Assembly (NCBI GenBank): GCA_902574525.1
Contig: CACGNQ010000002.1
Coordinates: 274 to 64,273, forward strand
DNA: 64,000 nucleotides
DNA from: an uncultured Pelagibacteraceae bacterium
Lineage (GTDB): Bacteria > Pseudomonadota > Alphaproteobacteria > Pelagibacterales > Pelagibacteraceae
Reading direction: 5' to 3'
Of the stretch, positions 32,572 through 41,414 are shown piece after piece. Each line of letters begins with the position of its first letter. The stretch's first letter is position 1. The translations under genes and the position numbers were made by a program. A model generated the notes under the pieces. It was given only the letters and a program-made list of their open reading frames with translations, was not told the origin of the DNA and did not search any database.

Positions 32572-33114
32572 TTAATTTTTAGTTTTTTTTTCAGACTCTT
32601 TTTTCAAGAGTGCAGCTTTTTTTAAAATTGCCAACTTGATATCATTTCCTATACTGGATTTAATTTTGTTAATACTGCAGTTTAGCTTAGATTTATCCTC
32701 ACAGATTTTTTCATGAATAATAATTTCTATTCCGTCTGCTCTGATTTCATTGCTCATAAATCGAACTGTTATTTTCAAATCCCGTTTGCTTTTTTCTTCA
32801 GAGTTTGTGTTTCCTGAAAACCAATCTGTAATTAAAATTCCTCCAGAATAACTTGCGTTTGTGAAACTCACGAAGTCTAATACGTCAATAGATGCTCTCC
32901 AAAGTTCATTTGATGATGCAAAATCAAATACACCTCCTTTTTTCTTTCCACCTAAAATAGAAATACCTCTACCTTCTTCAATATTTTTTTTTACTCGTTC
33001 CTTCGCATCAACCGGAACTTCACGAGCATCCGTATAGCGAAAAGGATTTTTGCAGCTAGGTAGAACTAGCAAAGAGATGAATAATAAGCTTATTAATAAA
33101 TATTTGATATTCAT
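32572..33114 (-). CDS. DUF3576-like lipoprotein
   Basis: Lipobox LPSC; LWRASIDVLDF, GGILITDWF; usual position between leuS and the porin. Confidence 0.75.
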   Translation of the reverse strand: MNIKYLLISLLFISLLVLPSCKNPFRYTDAREVPVDAKERVKKNIEEGRGISILGGKKKGGVFDFASSNELWRASIDVLDFVSFTNASYSGGILITDWFSGNTNSEEKSKRDLKITVRFMSNEIRADGIEIIIHEKICEDKSKLNCSINKIKSSIGNDIKLAILKKAALLKKESEKKTKN

Positions 33115-33358
33115 GGTTAGATATTACAGTTTTTAATGATTTTATTGAAAAAACACATCTAAAAGTAGGTAATTCATGAAAAATACTTAAAATGACACAT
33201 AAATGAAAAAACCAAGAAAAATCGATGTTTTAACGGTGATATTTTTGCAACATAATGTAATTTTTTCCTCTCTTTTGACTCTAAAATATAAACTAAGGGT
33301 CTATTTTTAGGTATAAAACCAACATTCATGTGAATAATTAACAAAAGGAGTATTTATT

Positions 33359-34441
33359 ATGAATACACTAAAAAAAATTGGACTAACAGCTTTAGGAACA
33401 TCTTTAGTTGCTGGTTCAGCTTATGCAGGTGAAATTACTGCATCAGGTGACGCTGGTTATACTTGGTCATCTGAAGAAGTAGGTGTAAGAACTGATGAAG
33501 GTTATGGTTATAACCATGACATTACGTTTTCTGGTTCAGGTGAATTAGATAACGGTTTCACAGTTTCAACAACTATGATCTTAATTGAAGACACTGGTAT
33601 CTCATCTTCTAACGTAACGTTAGGTATGGGAGGTTTAGGTTCGATTGCTATTGGTAATGGTTTAGCTAACGTTGGTGGTGCATTTGACGATGTAACTCCA
33701 AGAGCTTACGAAGAAAACCACGATGGTATGAAAACAACAACTGCTATCGACAGCTTGGGTGCATTATCAGATGGAAACTCTGTAATGTATTCTTCTCCAT
33801 CATTTGATTTAGGTGGTGGTTCAGTATCATTTATGCTTGGATATTCTCCAGAAGCAGGTGATGCAGCAACTGGCGAAGGTGGAGTTGCAGCTCAATCAGC
33901 AAGTTACGGTTCAGCAACAACAGCTGGTATTAACGTATCATTCGCTGGTTTATCAGCTGGTGCGTTCGGTGAAGAAGTTGAAAACGACAGAGGTGAGTCA
34001 GCTAGAGAGAGAAATGCAATGACAGCTTCTTGGTATGCTAACTACTCATTTGGACCAGTATCAGTTGGTTACCAAACTGGTGGTTTAGACTATGGTAAAG
34101 CTACAGCTACAGGCGGAACATCAACTCCAGCTACATCTGCAAAAACTATTGCAGCAGCGACTGGTAACTTTGAATTTGAAAAAATGTCAATTGCGTTTAA
34201 CGTAAATGAAAATTTATCACTTTCTTGGGGTGAACTAGAAGAAACATATGACGAACAGTCTAATGTTGCTAGTGGAACTGAAATTGCAGACGTAGAAATG
34301 TCTTCAACTTCAATCCAATTCGCTTACACAATGGGTTCTATGTCAATCAAAGGTTATCAAACAGATACTGATAATCCTGGTTGGGACTCAAACGCTAAGT
34401 CAGACGAAGTAACAGAATTAGCAGTTAATTTTGCGTTCTAA
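33359..34441 (+). CDS. Major outer-membrane porin (Porin_4-like)
   Basis: Signal peptide ending AYA, ITFSGSGELDNG, alternating beta-strand pattern, C-terminal Phe (AVNFAF); strong SD AAGGAG; codon usage rich in AAC/TTC/GGT/GCT typical of high expression. Confidence 0.9.
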   Translation: MNTLKKIGLTALGTSLVAGSAYAGEITASGDAGYTWSSEEVGVRTDEGYGYNHDITFSGSGELDNGFTVSTTMILIEDTGISSSNVTLGMGGLGSIAIGNGLANVGGAFDDVTPRAYEENHDGMKTTTAIDSLGALSDGNSVMYSSPSFDLGGGSVSFMLGYSPEAGDAATGEGGVAAQSASYGSATTAGINVSFAGLSAGAFGEEVENDRGESARERNAMTASWYANYSFGPVSVGYQTGGLDYGKATATGGTSTPATSAKTIAAATGNFEFEKMSIAFNVNENLSLSWGELEETYDEQSNVASGTEIADVEMSSTSIQFAYTMGSMSIKGYQTDTDNPGWDSNAKSDEVTELAVNFAF

Positions 34442-34464
34442 TTACTTTTAAGATTTAAAAATTT

Positions 34465-34501
34465 AAAACGGCCTGAAATTTATTTTAGGCCGTTTTTTTT
34501 T
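34465..34501. terminator. Intrinsic terminator after the porin, possibly bidirectional
   Basis: AAAACGGCCTGAAAT / ATTTTAGGCCGTTTT stem followed by a T tract. Confidence 0.85.
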
Positions 34502-35025
34502 ATCCACGATATTGAAGCTATTCCCTGAGATTTTGTAAGATTTATTTTTTTTAAATTCTTTGTATTTATCCCACCAAGAGCAATAATATTTTTTTTTATT
34601 CCTAAAGTTTGAAGGTTAAATTTAATAGTGTCAAGATAGTCTTTATTTTTATCTGTTTTAAAAATAGGGCTTAAGAATATATCCTCACAATTTTGTTTTT
34701 CTTTAATTTTAATTTCTGAAATATTGTGAGCTGAACCAATAAATCTAAATTTTTTTATTAAACTTAAATTTTTGTAAATTAACCTTTTATTAAATGATGG
34801 TAAATAAACCCCGTCTAGCTTGAGTTTTATAGCTAGATGTAAATTATTTGATAAAAATATATTAAACCCTTTTTTTTTGCAGTAATTTCTAGTTTTTATT
34901 AAATCCTTTAAATAATTATTACTATGATAATTTCTAAAGATAATATTTATAGGTCTATTAATACTTGATAATTCTTTCAAATTAAAATTTTCTATGAAAT
35001 AATAAACTTTAAAATTTATATGCAT
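34480..35025 (-). CDS. Thiamine-phosphate synthase/TenI-like protein
   Basis: IIFRNY, DGVYLPSF, GSAHN..EI, IFLSPIF, IALGGI. Confidence 0.75.
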   Translation of the reverse strand: MHINFKVYYFIENFNLKELSSINRPINIIFRNYHSNNYLKDLIKTRNYCKKKGFNIFLSNNLHLAIKLKLDGVYLPSFNKRLIYKNLSLIKKFRFIGSAHNISEIKIKEKQNCEDIFLSPIFKTDKNKDYLDTIKFNLQTLGIKKNIIALGGINTKNLKKINLTKSQGIASISWIKKNGLK

Positions 35026-35661
35026 AATATTGTTGATAATCTTATACTAATAAGTAAAGAAATAAGCGCAATAAATTCTGATACAAAAATCATTGCTGTA
35101 TCAAAGACATTTCCAATTGAACATATTCAGCCGGCCATTGACCATGGTCATTTACACTTTGGTGAAAACAAAGTTCAAGAAGCTGTGGAAAAATGGGCTA
35201 AATTAAAAGAAAAAAACAGTTCCTTAAAAATTCATTTGATAGGCAAACTTCAAACAAATAAGGTTAAATTCTGCTTACCTCTTTTTGATTACATTCATTC
35301 ACTGGATAATATTAGACTTGCAGAAAAAATAGCAAATGAGCAAGTAAAAAAAAAATTTAAGCCAAAAATATTTATCCAAGTCAACATTGGAGATGAGGAT
35401 CAAAAAAATGGTATTGCATTACATGAGCTGGACAGTTTTTATGAGAGTGTAAAGAATTTTGATTTAGATATTATTGGTTTGATGTGTATCCCACCTTTTG
35501 TAGAAGACACTGAAGTTTATTTTGAGAAAATGGTTCAACTTAAAAATAAAACAAATTTAAATGATTTAAGCATGGGAATGTCTAATGACTATCTAAAAGC
35601 TGCTAAAAATTCATCAACTTATGTGAGGATTGGTTCAAAAATTTTTGGTGAAAGAGGTTAA
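35020..35661 (+). CDS. yggS: PLP homeostasis protein
   Basis: IAVSKT, FGENKVQE, HLIGKLQTNK, GLMCIPP, LSMGMSNDY, VRIGSKIFG. Confidence 0.94.
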   Translation: MHNIVDNLILISKEISAINSDTKIIAVSKTFPIEHIQPAIDHGHLHFGENKVQEAVEKWAKLKEKNSSLKIHLIGKLQTNKVKFCLPLFDYIHSLDNIRLAEKIANEQVKKKFKPKIFIQVNIGDEDQKNGIALHELDSFYESVKNFDLDIIGLMCIPPFVEDTEVYFEKMVQLKNKTNLNDLSMGMSNDYLKAAKNSSTYVRIGSKIFGERG

Positions 35662-36149
35662 TATATTTTAATCTTAGTTTTTTTATCAATTAGTTTAAGT
35701 AGAATTAAGAGATCCTTTTTATTTAAAGCAATACATCCCGCTGTACCTTTTAAGTTTTTCGTTAAGTGTAAAAATATTGCGCTTCCTTTAAAAGGTATGG
35801 GTTTTTTAAAATTATAATTAATTACAACAAAAATATCATATTTGTTATCTTTTCTATATAATCTTTCGCACCTTAATTTTTCATTTATCTTTACTAAAGA
35901 ATTATATCTTTTACTAAGAGGATCGTTGCACCATCCCATGTCTCGATTAATTTTTTTTAAACTCAATTTAGTTTTAATATTTTGAATTCTATCAGATCTA
36001 TAAAAAACAGTTTTTAAACTGAAAATTCCTCGTGGGGTACATAAGTCTCCCTCTTTTTTCTTACTAGAGATTCCTTTTTTTCCTACTGCACATTGGAAAA
36101 TAAAATCATCAAAAATTAAAGTATCTTTATTTTTAACTTTTATTAGCAT
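35658..36149 (-). CDS. L,D-transpeptidase (YkuD-like) family protein
   Basis: KKEGDLCTPRG, WCNDP, GSAIFLH...TAGCIA catalytic His/Cys. Confidence 0.85.
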   Translation of the reverse strand: MLIKVKNKDTLIFDDFIFQCAVGKKGISSKKKEGDLCTPRGIFSLKTVFYRSDRIQNIKTKLSLKKINRDMGWCNDPLSKRYNSLVKINEKLRCERLYRKDNKYDIFVVINYNFKKPIPFKGSAIFLHLTKNLKGTAGCIALNKKDLLILLKLIDKKTKIKIY

Positions 36150-36160
36150 AAGTTAATCAA

Positions 36161-36739
36161 ATGAGTAAATCAGCTGTTTATATATATAACTTTAAAGTTT
36201 TATATAATATCATTTTTGAGATTAAAAACCTTTTTAACTTTGATTTATTCTATAATGAAAGTGAGAAATCTATCTTTGAAGAGCAAAAAAAGAGATTTGA
36301 TAAGAGCTTTATTATAATAACCCCTCAAAAATTAAAAAATAATTCTATAAACAGTAAACAAATAATGACAGTAGAAAATTACCCTTTAAACCTTCTGAGT
36401 TTGATTGAAAAAATTAATTCAAATTTATTAATGCAACAGTTTAATTTTCAGTCAAATATTAATCTAGGTGACTATTTATTAGATTTAAATTCAAGAATTA
36501 TATCATTAAATAATAACAAGCTTAAACTTACGGAAAGAGAAATCCAAATTATACTATTTTTAAAAAAACAAAAACAGCCTATAAATATAAATATATTGCA
36601 AAAAGAAGTTTGGGGTTACGCAGAAGATTCCGAGACACATACTGTAGAGACCCATATTTACAGGTTAAGAAAAAAAATAAAAAAAAGTTTTGATGATCAA
36701 AGTTTCATTAAGAGTGACAAAAAAGGTTATTTCATATAG
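36161..36739 (+). CDS. OmpR-type winged-helix regulator with degenerate receiver domain
   Basis: LTERE, EVWGY, ETHTVETHIYRLRKKI, GY; N-terminus lacks the acidic receiver motifs. Confidence 0.8.
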   Translation: MSKSAVYIYNFKVLYNIIFEIKNLFNFDLFYNESEKSIFEEQKKRFDKSFIIITPQKLKNNSINSKQIMTVENYPLNLLSLIEKINSNLLMQQFNFQSNINLGDYLLDLNSRIISLNNNKLKLTEREIQIILFLKKQKQPININILQKEVWGYAEDSETHTVETHIYRLRKKIKKSFDDQSFIKSDKKGYFI

Positions 36740-36846
36740 TGAAAAAAAAAAATTCAATCGCCAAGGATCTAATGACACCCAAATATAAACCAAGAGTCAT
36801 GAAGCCTAAAAAAGGTAAGGGAAGTTTTAAAAGAAAGAAAAAATAA
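36739..36846 (+). CDS. ArfA-like alternative ribosome rescue factor, 35 aa
   Basis: GTG start overlapping the upstream TAG; translation MKKKNSIAKDLMTPKYKPRVMKPKKGKGSFKRKKK*, matching the ArfA pattern N.I...L..P...RV...KKGKGS(Y/F).RK. Below the ORF-track length cutoff; fills the gap exactly. Confidence 0.72.
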   Translation: MKKKNSIAKDLMTPKYKPRVMKPKKGKGSFKRKKK

Positions 36847-36849
36847 TTT

Positions 36850-37779
36850 TTATAGTCTGGCCCCAATTTGCTGAATAACTTTAGAGGACATTTCAGTTCC
36901 TTTATCTAAACTCTCTTTTAGAGACATATTATTTACATGCCCATGTAAAAAGCCTGCTGCAAAAAGATCTCCAGCACCAGTTAAATCAACAATTTTGAGC
37001 CCTTGTTTAATTCCACATTCAACAACCTCGTCTCCGTTAATAGCAACAGCACCTTTTTCACCTCTCGTTAATACAATTATTTTACCAAGAGATTTTGAAA
37101 AATTTATTACTTCATCAAAAGACTTTGCATCTATTAATGACATGATCTCTTGTTCATTAGCGAATGTTATATCTAATTTATTTTTAACTAATTCCAAAAA
37201 ATGAGGTTTGTGCCTATCAACACAAAACTGGTCAGATAATGACATTGCCACTTTATTAGCACTTTGAATTGCTTTTTCAAAAGCCTTTTTTGGCTCTCCT
37301 TCATCCCAAAGATATCCTTCTAAAAGTATTGTTTCACTTTGTTTAATTGCGTCTGAACTGACATCGTTTTCATTTATTTTACCTGCAGTACCTAAAAAAG
37401 TGCACATTGTTCTTTCAGAGTCTGGTGTGACCAAGATTAAGCAAGTTCCAGTAGGCAACTCTTCTTTTTTTTTTGAGTAAAAATACTTTACATTCTCTTG
37501 TTTTAAGCCATCTTCATATTTACTACCAAGATTATCATCATTTACTTTTCCTATAAATCCCACTTCATTTCCAAGTTGTGATAATCCAACAATAGAATTT
37601 GCCACTGATCCGCCTGAAACAGTTTTTTCTATTTTAAGATTAGATAATAATTCTTTAAACTCTTTATCATCAAAAATTAATTTCATAGTGCTTTTCGTAA
37701 GATTATTTTTAGTTATAAAATCATCTTCTACTTTGCAAATTACATCTACAATTGCGTTTCCAATTCCTAATATTTTCAT
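36850..37779 (-). CDS. PfkB family adenosine/sugar kinase
   Basis: GIGNAIVD, SGGSVANS, ERTMCTFLG, FANEQE, DLTGAGDLFAAGF. Confidence 0.88.
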   Translation of the reverse strand: MKILGIGNAIVDVICKVEDDFITKNNLTKSTMKLIFDDKEFKELLSNLKIEKTVSGGSVANSIVGLSQLGNEVGFIGKVNDDNLGSKYEDGLKQENVKYFYSKKKEELPTGTCLILVTPDSERTMCTFLGTAGKINENDVSSDAIKQSETILLEGYLWDEGEPKKAFEKAIQSANKVAMSLSDQFCVDRHKPHFLELVKNKLDITFANEQEIMSLIDAKSFDEVINFSKSLGKIIVLTRGEKGAVAINGDEVVECGIKQGLKIVDLTGAGDLFAAGFLHGHVNNMSLKESLDKGTEMSSKVIQQIGARL

Positions 37780-37782
37780 ATT

Positions 37783-38436
37783 TTAAGCTTTCTTGGTTAT
37801 AAGTGGTTTTTTCCTTGTAGGATAACAAGTAGTACAGATTTTACAAGATAAACCATAACATTCTCTTGCCTTACAGTATTCTCTTCCATAGTAAATTATT
37901 TGAAGATGCAATTTATTCCAATATTTTTTAGGAAAAAGTCTTTTAAGATCTTTTTCGGTTTGAATTACATTCTTTCCATTGGTTAAGCCCCATCTTTGTG
38001 CAAGCCTGTGTATATGTGTATCTACTGGAAAAGCAGGATATCCAAAACCTTGAGACATCACCACACTTGCCGTTTTATGTCCAACTCCAGGCAATTCTTC
38101 TAATTGTTCAAAAGTTTTTGGAACTTTTCCATTGTATTTTTTCACTAAAGTTCTTGATAAATTATAAACACTTTTTGCTTTAATTCTAAAAATACCAATA
38201 CGTTTTATTAGTTTTTCTATTTTTTTTCTTCCTAGTTTAACAAAATGTTCAGGCTTATTATATTTAGGATATATAGTTTTAGTAACATTATTCACATTTA
38301 CATCTGTACATTGAGCAGACAAAAGAACAGAAATTAAAAGTGTAAAAATATTTCTATGCTTAAGAGGTATTGGAGTTTTAGGGTATATTTTATTTAAAGT
38401 TTTAAGAACAATTTTTACTCTTTGCTCTTCGCTCAT
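37783..38436 (-). CDS. nth: Endonuclease III
   Basis: LLSAQCTD, HhH LPGVGHKTA, PVDTH, C-terminal Cys cluster. Confidence 0.95.
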   Translation of the reverse strand: MSEEQRVKIVLKTLNKIYPKTPIPLKHRNIFTLLISVLLSAQCTDVNVNNVTKTIYPKYNKPEHFVKLGRKKIEKLIKRIGIFRIKAKSVYNLSRTLVKKYNGKVPKTFEQLEELPGVGHKTASVVMSQGFGYPAFPVDTHIHRLAQRWGLTNGKNVIQTEKDLKRLFPKKYWNKLHLQIIYYGREYCKARECYGLSCKICTTCYPTRKKPLITKKA

Positions 38437-39209
38437 TTAAAGTTTAAAACATCTCGCATTGAATATAAACCTGGCTTTTTTTTCATTAACCATTTTCCTG
38501 CTGTCAATGCTCCCTCACTATACAAGGCTCTATCAAATGCTTCATGATTTAAAGTTATTATCTCCTTACCACTTGAAAAAGTAACCTCGTGTTCTCCGAT
38601 CACTTCACCTTTTCTTAACGAATTAAAGTTAATCTTTTTTCCATAAGGGAAAGATTTTGTATTCAAATACTTTTTTCCAATCAATTTATAAAAATCCTTA
38701 TTTTTTCCTACAGCAATACCTTTTCCCAACATTAAGGCTGTACCTGAAGGATGATCTTTTTTGTACTTATGATGGATTTCAAAAATTTTGCTCAAAAATT
38801 TATTCCCTAGAGATTTTGAAGTAATTTCTGTTAAATACATAAGCAAATTTATTCCTAAACTCATATTTCCAGCTTTAAGAATAGGTATTTTTCTCGAATA
38901 TTTTTTTATTAAATCTTCTTCTTTTTTTGAAAATCCGGTTGTTCCAATTACTACTTTTTTCTTAAGTTTTGATGATATTTTTAGAATTTCAAAAGTACAT
39001 TTAGGAACTGTGAAATCTATAATTAAATCAACCTTTTTGAGCGCTTCTATTGAATTAAGGCTTGGTTTTACTCCATAAATTTTTTTATTAATAATTTTAT
39101 TTTCAGTAATTGCTACGATTTTGAAACTTTTGTCGGATTTTGCAGATTTAATGATTTGTTGACCCATTCTTCCCATACACCCAGTGATAGCCAAATTTAT
39201 TTTTTTCAT
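38433..39209 (-). CDS. dapB: 4-hydroxy-tetrahydrodipicolinate reductase
   Basis: GCMGRMG, IDFT, IGTTG, NMSLG, EIHHKYKKDHPSGTA, GEHEV. Confidence 0.94.
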   Translation of the reverse strand: MKKINLAITGCMGRMGQQIIKSAKSDKSFKIVAITENKIINKKIYGVKPSLNSIEALKKVDLIIDFTVPKCTFEILKISSKLKKKVVIGTTGFSKKEEDLIKKYSRKIPILKAGNMSLGINLLMYLTEITSKSLGNKFLSKIFEIHHKYKKDHPSGTALMLGKGIAVGKNKDFYKLIGKKYLNTKSFPYGKKINFNSLRKGEVIGEHEVTFSSGKEIITLNHEAFDRALYSEGALTAGKWLMKKKPGLYSMRDVLNFK

Positions 39210-39377
39210 TTAATAGATAAAATATAAAGTTATCATAACAACTAAAACAATTATAGTCCAAATAGATATATTCTTTAAAAATATCTTAAAATTAGAATTA
39301 GATGAAAGAAAACTTGGAAGTACTAATATAAGTACTAACATTAATGCGATTGTAGGTACTATTTGTTCTAAATTCAT
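39210..39377 (-). CDS. Small two-TM membrane protein, 55 aa
   Basis: Manual translation MNLEQIVPTIALMLVLILVLPSFLSSNSNFKIFLKNISIWTIIVLVVMITLYFIY*; ATG 2 nt after the FkbM stop, and its stop abuts the dapB ATG. Confidence 0.7.
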   Translation of the reverse strand: MNLEQIVPTIALMLVLILVLPSFLSSNSNFKIFLKNISIWTIIVLVVMITLYFIY

Positions 39378-39379
39378 AA

Positions 39380-40228
39380 TTATATACCGTTAAAATTTGA
39401 TATATTCTTTTTATGAATTAAGAAGAAGTTTTTTGATCTATCATTTAAATTTTTTGCAATTTCGTTAATATTTTTCACTTCATTGAAGTTTTCATCAAAA
39501 AACAAGTAACTCATGTCTTTTTTTATAAAGTTAATAAGTATTTTTGAAGAATAGCCAAATTCTTTATAAAGATATGGCGCAAACTCAAAATAAATCACTG
39601 GTTTATATTTGTTTATTATTTCTTTTCCACTTCTAAGTACATCTATTTCATAACCATCAACATCAATTTTAATCAAATCTATTTTTCTTTTTTGTTTTTT
39701 TATTAATTCAGAAAGGGATTGTGTTTTATTTGATGCTTGTTTTAGAATTCCAAGATGAACTTTATGTTTTTTGGAGTCTGATGAAAAATTCCAAGATGAA
39801 TGTATGAAATTAATTTTTCTTTTTTTATTTGAAATAAAACTATTGTAAATTCTTATTCTTTTTTTAAAATTAGGATTTAAACTCAAGTTTTTTTTTAACT
39901 TTGAAAATGCATAATACGTTGGTTCAACTGAAATTATAGTAGAAGTATGAAATAATTTTGCTAAAGGCAAACTAACAGATCCGATATTAGCGCCTATATC
40001 GACTATTGTATTTTTTTTCTTAGGATCTATATAATTTTTAATTTTAAAAAGGTTCTTTTCATTTTTAATCCCTAGAAAAATTCCAAGATCAATGCCTTCT
40101 TTTAAATCTATTTCGTACTTGATATTTTTCCTTTCTATTAATCTTTTTTTATTACCTAGAAAAAATATTAAAATTTTACTAATTAGAGAACCAACTATAA
40201 ACTTTGACTTTGTTGAAAGATTAAACAT
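39380..40228 (-). CDS. FkbM family SAM-dependent methyltransferase
   Basis: VDIGANIG, VEP, IDLIKIDVDGYE, PVIYFE. Confidence 0.85.
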   Translation of the reverse strand: MFNLSTKSKFIVGSLISKILIFFLGNKKRLIERKNIKYEIDLKEGIDLGIFLGIKNEKNLFKIKNYIDPKKKNTIVDIGANIGSVSLPLAKLFHTSTIISVEPTYYAFSKLKKNLSLNPNFKKRIRIYNSFISNKKRKINFIHSSWNFSSDSKKHKVHLGILKQASNKTQSLSELIKKQKRKIDLIKIDVDGYEIDVLRSGKEIINKYKPVIYFEFAPYLYKEFGYSSKILINFIKKDMSYLFFDENFNEVKNINEIAKNLNDRSKNFFLIHKKNISNFNGI

Positions 40229-40258
40229 AATATAAAAGTTTATTATGCTTTAATGAGA

Positions 40259-41383
40259 TTAACTTTTCCAGAAACTTTTAGCTTTTTGGAAGAATTTTTT
40301 AATACTAGGATTAGATTTTTCGTTTTCTATTTCCCTGAATTTTTCTAATAATTCTTTTTGTTCTTTATTCAACGATATTGGAACTTCAGTATTTACTTGA
40401 ATATAAAGATCACCCATTCCACTACCTCTCATATAAGGCATACCTTTACCCCTCAGTCTAAACTGTTTTCCAGTTTGAGTTCCAGATGGAATTTTAATTT
40501 TTGCCTTTCCCCCATCAATTGTTGGTATTTCAATTGACGTACCTAAAGCTGCATCTGCAATTGAAATTGGACATTCAAAAAATAAATTTTCATCAGATCT
40601 TTTAAATAAATCATGAGAATAAACATTTACAAATAAGTATAAGTCCCCATTACTTCCTCCTTTAGAGCCAGCTTCACCTTTTCCTGATAATCTGATTCTA
40701 GTTCCATCATCAACACCTTTAGGAATAGTTACTGATAATTTCTTAGATGATTGCTTTTTTCCTTGCCCCCCACAGCTGGAACATGGGTTTGTAATTTGCT
40801 CTCCTGATCCTGAACATTGGGGACAAGTTTGTTGAACTGTAAAAAATCCTTGGCTTGATCTTACTTGACCATGACCCCCACACATTGAGCAAGAACCAAC
40901 ATCATGTCCTGGTTTAGAACCGCTGCCTTTGCAAGTGTCACATTTTTCTGATGAAGAAAATTTTATATCTTGTTTTTTTCCAGTAAATGCTTCTTCTAGA
41001 GTAATCGATAAATCGTATCTTAAGTCGGAACCTCTATTATTAGATCTTCGCGATCGTCTTCCTCCACCAAATCCTTCTCCAAAAAAATCCTCAAAAATAT
41101 CAGAAAAGTTACTTGAAAAATCAAAGTTACCAAATCCTCCTCTACCTCCTCCACCATTTTCAAACGCAGCGTGCCCAAAGTTATCGTAGTTTTGCTTTCT
41201 CTCTGAGTTCGAAAGAATATGATAGGCTTCTGATGCTTCTTTAAACTTGTCCTCAGAGGCTTTGTCACCTTTGTTTTTATCAGGATGGTATTTTACAGCA
41301 AGTTTTCTATATGCGGACTTAATTTGATCTGGGGTAGCTTCCTTGTTAACGCCTAGAACATCATAATAATCCCTTTTTGCCAT
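40259..41383 (-). CDS. dnaJ: Chaperone DnaJ
   Basis: J domain HPD, G/F region, four CxxCxGxG repeats. Confidence 0.98.
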   Translation of the reverse strand: MAKRDYYDVLGVNKEATPDQIKSAYRKLAVKYHPDKNKGDKASEDKFKEASEAYHILSNSERKQNYDNFGHAAFENGGGGRGGFGNFDFSSNFSDIFEDFFGEGFGGGRRSRRSNNRGSDLRYDLSITLEEAFTGKKQDIKFSSSEKCDTCKGSGSKPGHDVGSCSMCGGHGQVRSSQGFFTVQQTCPQCSGSGEQITNPCSSCGGQGKKQSSKKLSVTIPKGVDDGTRIRLSGKGEAGSKGGSNGDLYLFVNVYSHDLFKRSDENLFFECPISIADAALGTSIEIPTIDGGKAKIKIPSGTQTGKQFRLRGKGMPYMRGSGMGDLYIQVNTEVPISLNKEQKELLEKFREIENEKSNPSIKKFFQKAKSFWKS

Positions 41384-41414
41384 AACAATTTAGAGACAAT
41401 CAGTTGATATTTAA

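Noticed and set aside
33359-34441. Higher GC and different codon usage of the porin as evidence of horizontal transfer
   Set aside because: Better explained by high expression and Gly/Ala/Ser/Thr richness; the position next to leuS/DUF3576/yggS is a usual one.
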